From an uncultured Erysipelotrichaceae bacterium (GTDB taxonomy: Bacteria; Bacillota_I; Bacilli_A; RFN20; CAG-826), in NCBI GenBank assembly GCA_902797855.1, contig CADBUI010000017.1, forward strand, positions 6,560 through 70,559: a stretch of 64,000 bases of DNA, given 5' to 3'. Made by a program: the position numbers and the translations under genes. The first letter of the stretch is position 1, and each line of letters opens with the position of its first letter. Under the pieces are notes generated by a model, which was not told where the DNA came from, ran no database searches, and saw only the letters and a program-made list of their open reading frames with translations. Positions 30,274-37,996 of the stretch are shown here, piece after piece.

Positions 30274-31206
30274 TTACTTAGCGATTACTCCATCAAGGTT
30301 ATGGTTTCCGTTCGCAAAGGATTTATCATCCATTCTCTTTTTACCTTCAAGTTGGAGTTCTTTTAATTCTAGCGTTCCATCTCGTAGAGAGAGGAAAACA
30401 CCTTTTTTAATAGTGATTTTCCCAAGCTCTTCATGAGAATCACTTACTTTAGATACGCGGTATATTTTAAGCTTCTTATCGTCCACTAGAATGTATCCAC
30501 CAGGTTCATTAGATAATCCACGAACATAATTAATGAAGCGTTCACAAGAATAATCTAAACTTAGTTTTTCTTCTTCTGGAGTAATTTTATCAGCGAATGT
30601 AACTTCTTCTTCGTTTTGAATTTCGCCTGGTAATTTACCTTCTAAATAATCTAAAAGATTATCTTTTACGATTTTAGTTGCAGCGATTGCTAATTTATCA
30701 CATAAAGATGAATAGTTATCTTCGCATAAAATAGTAACTTCTTCTTTAGCGTACATTCTTCCTGCATCCATCTTATCAATCATTTCCATAAGGGTGATGC
30801 CAGTCTTCTTTTCTCCATTCATGATGGCGCGTTGAATAGGCGCTGCGCCACGATATTTAGGAAGAAGAGATCCATGGAGATTTAAACATCCATATTTAGG
30901 GATGTCGATTAAACCTTGCGGGATAATTTGGCCATAGGCCATAGTGAGTATCAAATCAGGTTTAAGTTCGTTAGCGAATTCGTATTCTTTTCTAATTTTG
31001 TGAGGTTGATAAACTGGGATATTATATCTAAGTGCAACTTCCTTAGTAGGAACTGGCTCTAAGATATGTTTTCTACCAACTGGTTTATCTTCTTGGGCGA
31101 TTAGTCCAACAAAACAAAAACCATCTTTGATAAGTTCTTCAAAGACTTTTGCGGCAATTTTAGGTGTGCCCATGAAGATGATTCTATATTCACTTTTATC
31201 TCTCAT
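30274..31206 (-). CDS. fmt: methionyl-tRNA formyltransferase
   Basis: 310 aa. HGSLLPKYRGAAPIQ motif. Confidence 0.93.
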   Translation of the reverse strand: MRDKSEYRIIFMGTPKIAAKVFEELIKDGFCFVGLIAQEDKPVGRKHILEPVPTKEVALRYNIPVYQPHKIRKEYEFANELKPDLILTMAYGQIIPQGLIDIPKYGCLNLHGSLLPKYRGAAPIQRAIMNGEKKTGITLMEMIDKMDAGRMYAKEEVTILCEDNYSSLCDKLAIAATKIVKDNLLDYLEGKLPGEIQNEEEVTFADKITPEEEKLSLDYSCERFINYVRGLSNEPGGYILVDDKKLKIYRVSKVSDSHEELGKITIKKGVFLSLRDGTLELKELQLEGKKRMDDKSFANGNHNLDGVIAK

Positions 31207-31280
31207 AACGAAGTAATTGTATCATATTGTTTGCGTTTTTGATTTGAAATAATTATTATTATTCCAGATTTTAGATAACT

Positions 31281-31763
31281 ATGGAAAAAAGAGAAAAGTA
31301 TTATCAATCCATAAAAAGACGAGATCCCGCCGCAAGAAACTCGTGGCAAATCTTTTGGCTTTACCCATCAGTGATATGCCTTAGATGGTATAAAGTCGCT
31401 AAATTCTTCTATAAGATTCATTGGAAGTTTTTAGCGGAAACTATCATGCACATTGCAAGAAAGAAAACTGGTATTGAAATTCATCCAGCCGCCAAGATTG
31501 GAAGAAACCTCTTCATCGATCATGGCATGGGTGTTGTCATTGGTGAAACCACCATCATTGGTGATAATGTCACCTTATATCAAGGTGTCACTCTTGGAGG
31601 AACCTCCTTTAAAAAAGCTCCTCGCCATCCTATTGTCGGCGATAATGTCATCATTGGAGCAGGCACTAAAATTATCGGTAGAGTTACTATCGGAAGTAAC
31701 GCTAAAATCGGTCCAAACAAAGTAATTAGAGAGGATGTTCCTGAAGGTGCTGTTATAAAATAA
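31281..31763 (+). CDS. cysE: serine O-acetyltransferase (short CysE type, hexapeptide repeat)
   Basis: 160 aa. An RDPAARN segment, then left-handed beta-helix repeats IGDNVTLYQGVTLGG and IVGDNVIIGAGTKIIG. Confidence 0.8.
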   Translation: MEKREKYYQSIKRRDPAARNSWQIFWLYPSVICLRWYKVAKFFYKIHWKFLAETIMHIARKKTGIEIHPAAKIGRNLFIDHGMGVVIGETTIIGDNVTLYQGVTLGGTSFKKAPRHPIVGDNVIIGAGTKIIGRVTIGSNAKIGPNKVIREDVPEGAVIK

Positions 31764-31835
31764 CAGTCATCTTTTTTCTATACTTTGCTTTTTACATAAT
31801 GTAAAATGAACTCATTCCCAAAAGGAGAATAATAA

Positions 31836-33836
31836 ATGTATCCAGAATATCAAAAAGTAAGAGCGTTTTTCAAAAGCGCTGAAGATTTACTTAAGACCGC
31901 TAACACGATGCAAGACATCTTCTTAGCAGCCACCCATAAGAAACATAAAAGAGATGCCGCTATTACCTATTTAAACGAAAAAGGTAAACCAACATCCATT
32001 AAATATAAAGAATATAGAAATAAGGCCTTTGAATACGCTAGTAGACTTTCTCAAGCATTAAAGGAAATTCCACAAAACGGTATCATTGCTTTAAAAGTTA
32101 AAAACTCACCAGAATGGCCATTCATTTTCTGGGGTATTTTAATGTGTGGAAGAGTTCCACTACTAATCGATGCTAAGCTTCCAAAAGAAAACACTGAACA
32201 TCTTCTTGAACAAGCTAAGGCTCAAGGTATTATCACTGGAGAAATCTTCTCATATCCAAAGTACACAACTGTTAATTATCTTTCTTTGAAAGATATCAAG
32301 GTTAACTATAAGTTTGCAGAAAGCTGGGCAAACGAAGTCATCTTCTGTTCAAGTGGCACAACTGGAAACGTTAAACTCATGGTCTTTAATGGTAAAAACC
32401 TCTGCCACCAAGTTGCGGCGGCTTTAGATATGCCTGAGACCACAGGTGACATCATGTACCCAGGCGAAATTAACATCCTCGCCTTCGTACCATTCCACCA
32501 CATCTTCGGATTTGTGGCTGTCTTCCTTTGGTACACATTCTTTGGTAAAAATATTGTCTTTATCAAAGATAATTCACCAAAAGAAATTATGTCTACATCT
32601 CAAAAATGTGGAGTCACTCACGTCTATAGCGTTCCTCTTTTCTGGGATAACATCGCTCAAACAGTTGTTAGAAAAGCTGAACTTGAAGGTGAAAAGAAAG
32701 CAACCATCCTTTCTAAGATGATCGCTTATAACACTCACAAGATTTCTAAAGATGAAGCAGGTATCGCTGGTAGTAGCGTTGCTCTTAAAACAGTTCAAGA
32801 TCAACTTCTTGGTCATAAAGTTCGCTTCTGTATCTCTGGTGGAGGCTATATCTCAAACGAAACCATGAACATCATCAATGGTATCGGATATCCATTATAC
32901 GATGGATATGGTATGACCGAAGCTGGTGTTACTTCCGTTGAACTTTCTCATAAAGTTGAATATCGTCTTAAAGGAAGTATTGGTCGTCCACTATTTGGAG
33001 TGGAATATAAACTCGCTGATACAACTAAACTTCATCCAGATACTGGTGAATTATTAATTAAGTCCCCTATCACTCACGTTAGAGAAATCATTAACGGGGT
33101 TGAACAAACCGCTTCACTTGAAGATGGTTGGCTTAGAACTGGTGATATCGCTAGTGTTGATGAAAAAGGATTCTATTTCATTAAAGGTAGAATTAAAGAT
33201 GTCATCATCAACGAAAATGGTGAGAACATTTATCCTGATGAAATCGAGGGTTATTTCAAAGAAATACCTCACATCGTTCAAATCTGCGTTATCGGTGTTA
33301 AAAAAGGTCGTTCACAACATGAAACAATTACATGTGTCTTCGAACTTAATAATGATGTCGATGACGATACACTTGAAGAAATTAAAGTTAAATGTAAAGA
33401 GATTAACGATACCCTTCCTCTTGAAAAGAAAGTTGGAGAATTCCTTATTAGTAAAGATAAACTCCCACTTACTGCTTCAATGAAGGTCAAACGCTTCTCA
33501 GTTAAAGAACTCATCAAGATTAAACCAAGCTCTTTCATTACCTTTAATGAAAAGAAAGAAGTTAAAACATTTGAAGGATTCTCTAAAGAAGAAGTTGAAC
33601 CAGTCGTTAACGAAGTACGTAAATTATTCGGTAAGACACTTCTTCTTCCAACCGTTAGAATTGGTGACTCTGATCACTGGATTAACGACTTAGGTGGCGA
33701 CTCAATGTCTTACATTGAACTTGTCAGTGGAATCAACGAAGCCTTTGGAATTGAAATTCCACAAGAGAAATATGGTGTCTTAGCGAGTGTGAATGACTTC
33801 GCTGAAGAAATATTAATCCTTAAAAAAGGCAAATAA
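31836..33836 (+). CDS. acyl-AMP/CoA ligase (ANL family) fused to a C-terminal carrier-protein domain
   Basis: 666 aa. SSGTTGNVKLMV (A3), YGMTE, GWLRTGDIASVDEKGFYFIKGRIKDVIINENGENIYPDEIE (A7/A8) and a late Lys (SMKVKR). C-terminal DLGGDSMSYIELV resembles a phosphopantetheine attachment site. Confidence 0.8.
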   Translation: MYPEYQKVRAFFKSAEDLLKTANTMQDIFLAATHKKHKRDAAITYLNEKGKPTSIKYKEYRNKAFEYASRLSQALKEIPQNGIIALKVKNSPEWPFIFWGILMCGRVPLLIDAKLPKENTEHLLEQAKAQGIITGEIFSYPKYTTVNYLSLKDIKVNYKFAESWANEVIFCSSGTTGNVKLMVFNGKNLCHQVAAALDMPETTGDIMYPGEINILAFVPFHHIFGFVAVFLWYTFFGKNIVFIKDNSPKEIMSTSQKCGVTHVYSVPLFWDNIAQTVVRKAELEGEKKATILSKMIAYNTHKISKDEAGIAGSSVALKTVQDQLLGHKVRFCISGGGYISNETMNIINGIGYPLYDGYGMTEAGVTSVELSHKVEYRLKGSIGRPLFGVEYKLADTTKLHPDTGELLIKSPITHVREIINGVEQTASLEDGWLRTGDIASVDEKGFYFIKGRIKDVIINENGENIYPDEIEGYFKEIPHIVQICVIGVKKGRSQHETITCVFELNNDVDDDTLEEIKVKCKEINDTLPLEKKVGEFLISKDKLPLTASMKVKRFSVKELIKIKPSSFITFNEKKEVKTFEGFSKEEVEPVVNEVRKLFGKTLLLPTVRIGDSDHWINDLGGDSMSYIELVSGINEAFGIEIPQEKYGVLASVNDFAEEILILKKGK

Positions 33837-33899
33837 AGATTGTTAATATTTATTAAGTTTGATAAACTTATACGCGTTAGATTATCGAGGTAAAGAAAA

Positions 33900-34166
33900 A
33901 TGGCACAAATCAAATCACAAATGAAGAGAATCGAAACTAATGAAAAAGCCAGACAACGTAACGTTGCAGTTCGTTCAAGAATCGCTACCGAATCCAAAAA
34001 GGTTCGCGTTGCTGTTGAAGCAAAAGATTTAGCTAAAGCCGAAGAAGCTCTTAAAGTCGCTCTTAAATTAATTGACAAGAGTGTCACTGATGGAGTTTAT
34101 TCACGCAATACAGCTGCACGTAAAAAATCTTCACTTTCAAAATTAGTTAATTCTTTAAAGAAATAA
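33900..34166 (+). CDS. rpsT: 30S ribosomal protein S20
   Basis: 88 aa. MAQIKSQMKRIETNEKARQRN... Confidence 0.92.
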   Translation: MAQIKSQMKRIETNEKARQRNVAVRSRIATESKKVRVAVEAKDLAKAEEALKVALKLIDKSVTDGVYSRNTAARKKSSLSKLVNSLKK

Positions 34167-34169
34167 ATC

Positions 34170-35117
34170 TTAGTTAGGAAAATTAATTAAGAATAATTCA
34201 AATCCATAAAAGCGGTCGATCTGGCCGCTTTTTGTTTGATAATCTAAAAGATATAAATCATCTAAAGCGTGGGCAATTTGTCTTTTAGACAAATATTTGG
34301 AATTCTTAAGGGCGAACTTAACTCTAAATTCATTAGCAGAAAGCTCACTAGCGATTTCACTAGTGGATAGTCCTTTTGAAGAAAGAAATCTCACTTCATT
34401 AATGAATCTAAACTGTGAGGCAAGCATTGGAATAAGTGTATCAGTGGCTTTAGGACCAAGGAGTCGAAGTCCACGGTATATTTCAATAGCCGCTCCATTA
34501 TCGCCCCTAAAAAGGGCATTAGATATTTGAAATACATCATCTTCAATTGGTTTAGAAACCATTAAGGTAACATCGATTAAAGTGATGTGATCTTTATATA
34601 GAATTAATTTATTAGCCTCGTTCATGAATAAATTTAAATCACCTTGAACGCGGTTATTGAGTTCATTTATAGCGTCTTTATCAATGCTTACTCCCCTATC
34701 GGAGAAGTATTTCTTTATGAATAAAGGCCATTCTTCTTTCGATATTTCTTTAAAGCCTACAATTTGACCTTCAGTGTTTATTTTATTTACGAGTTCACTT
34801 TTATCATTAAGTGCAGAGCTTCTCACGATGAAAACAATATCGATAAAATCATCATTTACGATTGAATTAGTGAATTTTTCTAATATCTTTTTATCGCCAT
34901 CTTTTGCTAAAAAAGAAGCGTTATCGATAACAATTACTTTACGGTCATATCCTAAAGGAAGAAGAGACGTATCAGCGATTATTTCATCGATATCATCTTC
35001 ACTCGCGTCAAATTTAGTCACGTTAAATTCATCGACTTCGCCAAGACGTTCACTAAGAATCTTCTTTAAGTGATGACGGATACGTGGATATTGTTCGCCA
35101 TAAAGAATGTAATTCAT
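34170..35117 (-). CDS. holA: DNA polymerase III delta subunit (HolA/YqeN)
   Basis: 315 aa. Position between comEC and rpsT as in B. subtilis. N-terminus MNYILYGEQY... and overall length fit HolA. Motif-level evidence is weak. Confidence 0.72.
   Translation of the reverse strand: MNYILYGEQYPRIRHHLKKILSERLGEVDEFNVTKFDASEDDIDEIIADTSLLPLGYDRKVIVIDNASFLAKDGDKKILEKFTNSIVNDDFIDIVFIVRSSALNDKSELVNKINTEGQIVGFKEISKEEWPLFIKKYFSDRGVSIDKDAINELNNRVQGDLNLFMNEANKLILYKDHITLIDVTLMVSKPIEDDVFQISNALFRGDNGAAIEIYRGLRLLGPKATDTLIPMLASQFRFINEVRFLSSKGLSTSEIASELSANEFRVKFALKNSKYLSKRQIAHALDDLYLLDYQTKSGQIDRFYGFELFLINFPN
34209..34237 (+). terminator. rho-independent terminator of rpsT, embedded in the 3' end of convergent holA
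   Basis: AGCGGTCGATCTGGCCGCT followed by TTTTGTTT. Confidence 0.7.
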
Positions 35118-35135
35118 AATTTGAATTATAGCATA

Positions 35136-37154
35136 TTATGTAAAATAATTCACAAATGATATAGTTCCTTCATAATCGGTTCTTCTAACCTCAATTTTAT
35201 ATTTATTTAAAGTGTCGATTACTTCTTTATTTGGATGACCATATTTATTGTTTGCCCCACAAGAAATAATCGCTATATCAGGACTAACCCTTTTAATAAA
35301 TTCATCGCACGAAGAAGTCTTAGAACCATGGTGACCAAGTTTAATAATGTCGCAGTCTAAATCTGGGTAATCAAGAAGCATCTGTCTTTCCACACTAATT
35401 GATGCATCACCCATAAGTAACCACTTTTTATTCATGAACTCTAAATTGAACACTAAAGAGGAATCGTTTGGATCGCTTGCAGAATAATTATTTAGATTTT
35501 CTAAATAAATGTCCCCTACCTTATAAGGAAATTCTTCTTTTTGAGTTAGATAAGTTTTAACTGGAAAATGTTTTATAAGTGAACTAGCTGCACCAGAATG
35601 ATCCAAGTCACTATGAGTGGTAATTAAAGCATCAATTTTGTAAATCTGACGCTTATGCAAAAATGGAATGAGAGTTTCTTTTGCCATATCAAACGATAAA
35701 TTACCACCCGTATCAATCATCACCGCGTGACCTCTATTTTGAATAAGAATTGAATCTCCTTGTCCAACATTTATAAAATAAATACCATTCACTAAATATG
35801 TTCTAATTGGTAAAAAGGAAACGAGCATAAATATAGAAAGAACACTACTAGCCTTAATTAGATGAATTCTTCGCCTCGATTCAAATAGATAAAGGCAATA
35901 AATATAAAGAATGTAATAAATTAAGATATAAAAATCACCGAAATATCCAAGAGGTAAAACAATATCGATATTTCCTAAAAAAGAATAATAATTCCTAAGA
36001 ATGTCGCCCATAAACTTTAAGACATGAGTGAATGGAGTGATATATAAAGACACTAGTGAAGTGATAAAAAATATCTCATTAATAGGGATGCTTATCACTT
36101 GAAAGAGTAAAGAAAAAACGTGAAAGGAATAATGAGATATAGATGCGACTGGAATCAAAAATAGATAGACAAAAACACGCATCATAATCTTAGATTTTAT
36201 TCTTTTAAATCTCGATAAACTTTCACCTAAAAAATAGATGAAAGCACTTAAAGAAAAGCCAATATAATAACCAGCTTGATAGGCGTATGTTGGGTTAATC
36301 ACTAACATAGTTAGTGCAACAAAAGAAATGATCTTTAAATGGGAAAACCTTTTGTTTAAAAAATTCTCGTTGATGTATTTAAAAATATAGACGCTAAAAA
36401 CTCTTATCACCCCCACTTTTGGAAACACAAAAACAAAAAATGGAGTGAGCAGTATAAGTGGAATAATATCCGCTAATTTTTCATGAAGAATTAATCTAAA
36501 TATTCTTTTTAATCCATTTAAGATAAATGAGAGATAAATCCCACTAACAGAGAATAGAAACAATAATCCAACTTCATTTGCGATCATAATTGTTTCATTA
36601 CTCGTATCCGCTCTAGCAAATAAAAACGCACTAATTAATGCTTTCGTGTCTTCATCAAAAGAATTAAGAAATTTATCTTTTGCTTTTTTAATTCTAATTG
36701 GACTAGAAAACTTCGTTTCACTTTTATAAATTGATAAAGAATATTCTACTCCCTTATCTTTTAGATAAGAATTGAAATCAAACCTCGATTCATAGCTAAC
36801 AAAATTAATCTCTTCAGGTTCATCAATAATATAGATAAAATCTCCAAATTGTCGGTCGTTTTCTTTTTCATAGACATAGAAGCGATATATCCCACTTTGA
36901 AAGATAAAATAATTCTCACTAGACTCCACCACCATTCCAAAATACTCTTTTGAATTAGGCTTGGTAAAATGGATGACTGCGCTAGTAGATATTCCTAAAG
37001 AAAAAGCGAATAGAAAAATAGGCAATCTTTTTAGTCCAACTTTAAAAACTAAAAAGGCTATAAAAAGAACGCTAATAACGATAATTATTGGCCAGTTATT
37101 TCTAAAGAAATATAAACCGATTATATAAGAGATGACTAAAAGGAAAATAGTCAT
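35136..37154 (-). CDS. comEC: DNA internalisation competence protein ComEC/Rec2
   Basis: 672 aa. Polytopic competence domain plus a C-terminal metallo-beta-lactamase block (THSDLDHSGA...GHHGS). Confidence 0.9.
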   Translation of the reverse strand: MTIFLLVISYIIGLYFFRNNWPIIIVISVLFIAFLVFKVGLKRLPIFLFAFSLGISTSAVIHFTKPNSKEYFGMVVESSENYFIFQSGIYRFYVYEKENDRQFGDFIYIIDEPEEINFVSYESRFDFNSYLKDKGVEYSLSIYKSETKFSSPIRIKKAKDKFLNSFDEDTKALISAFLFARADTSNETIMIANEVGLLFLFSVSGIYLSFILNGLKRIFRLILHEKLADIIPLILLTPFFVFVFPKVGVIRVFSVYIFKYINENFLNKRFSHLKIISFVALTMLVINPTYAYQAGYYIGFSLSAFIYFLGESLSRFKRIKSKIMMRVFVYLFLIPVASISHYSFHVFSLLFQVISIPINEIFFITSLVSLYITPFTHVLKFMGDILRNYYSFLGNIDIVLPLGYFGDFYILIYYILYIYCLYLFESRRRIHLIKASSVLSIFMLVSFLPIRTYLVNGIYFINVGQGDSILIQNRGHAVMIDTGGNLSFDMAKETLIPFLHKRQIYKIDALITTHSDLDHSGAASSLIKHFPVKTYLTQKEEFPYKVGDIYLENLNNYSASDPNDSSLVFNLEFMNKKWLLMGDASISVERQMLLDYPDLDCDIIKLGHHGSKTSSCDEFIKRVSPDIAIISCGANNKYGHPNKEVIDTLNKYKIEVRRTDYEGTISFVNYFT

Positions 37155-37155
37155 A

Positions 37156-37689
37156 TTATCTTAGCGTTATATAATTCTTTATCTTTTCAAAAGTTGCATT
37201 ACCAATTCCTGAAACATTTTTAACGTCCTCGATTCGGTAAAACTTACCATTTGTGGTTCGATAATTCACAATCTGATTTGCGACAGTTGAACCAATTCCA
37301 GAAATAGTTTGTAGTTGCTCAGCGGAATCGTTATTGATGTTAACTTTAACAATTGGTGACATTGAACAAACATCGTTATTATCAAATTTTGGAGCGATAT
37401 AAAAACTGAGTGAATCGGCAAGTAAATAGCTTGTATCATACGCTAATTCATCAGCGTTATTTGTCACTCCCCCAGCCACACTAATTAAGTCCACTAAATA
37501 GGTATTTGGTTCCATTAAATACGTACCTGGTTTAGAGACTTCTCCAGAGATAGAAACACTTATAGTGTTTGTGTCACTCACTAATGTCGTTTGTTCTCCA
37601 CCACTTGTGTCCACACTTGGGTCAATAACTTGAAAGACAACGATAAGAGCAATTGTGACAACTAAAACCGCAATAAAAACTTTAACCAT
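37156..37689 (-). CDS. comEA: competence protein ComEA (DNA receptor)
   Basis: N-terminal TM helix and two helix-hairpin-helix motifs (ISGIGSTVANQIV, VSGIGNATFEKI). The start was set to ATG 37689 (AAAGGAG RBS upstream). Confidence 0.88.
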   Translation of the reverse strand: MVKVFIAVLVVTIALIVVFQVIDPSVDTSGGEQTTLVSDTNTISVSISGEVSKPGTYLMEPNTYLVDLISVAGGVTNNADELAYDTSYLLADSLSFYIAPKFDNNDVCSMSPIVKVNINNDSAEQLQTISGIGSTVANQIVNYRTTNGKFYRIEDVKNVSGIGNATFEKIKNYITLR

Positions 37690-37924
37690 CTTTACTCCTT
37701 TCTTTGTTTTTAGGCACCATTGCAACTATTTAGAAAGCGATTTACAATGTTATTGGCTTAGGGAGCTAGGTAAATCATCTAGCTCATCTTATTTATTAAA
37801 AGATAAGTAAGATCAATAGCACTGTAGCGGTTTCCACTACTAAGCCTCCCTTATAGATGCTAAGGGCCCTAAAAACTTGGAGCATCTCTTTAGATCCTCC
37901 TAATACTTTATTGGGGGAAAAAGA

Positions 37925-37957
37925 GAAAAAAGTGTTCAAAAACTGAGCACTTTTTTT
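37925..37957. terminator. bidirectional hairpin terminator (second terminator after valS)
   Basis: AGTGTTCA-AAAAC-TGAGCACT forms an 8-bp stem, flanked by an A-run upstream and TTTTTTT downstream. Confidence 0.7.
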
Positions 37958-37961
37958 CATT

Positions 37962-37987
37962 AAAAGAAAATGGAGACAAAGTCTCCA
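37962..37987 (-). terminator. rho-independent terminator immediately after valS
   Basis: Minus strand reads TGGAGACTTTGTCTCCA followed by TTTTCTTTT. Confidence 0.8.
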
Positions 37988-37996
37988 AATTCTATA

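Larger units (their letters stand above)
37904..37987 (-). repeat. intergenic module, copy B (13-nt box, terminator A and terminator B)
   Basis: Shares TACTTTATTGGGG and TGGAGACAAAGTCTCCA with 7550-7634 at nearly the same spacing. Confidence 0.55.

Noticed and set aside
31453-31725. 90-aa same-strand ORF inside cysE, and the many 60-127-aa ORFs inside the 31836-33836 ligase gene and other long genes
   Set aside because: They are out-of-frame or antisense ORFs nested in genes with clear family motifs. They have no independent RBS or motif support.
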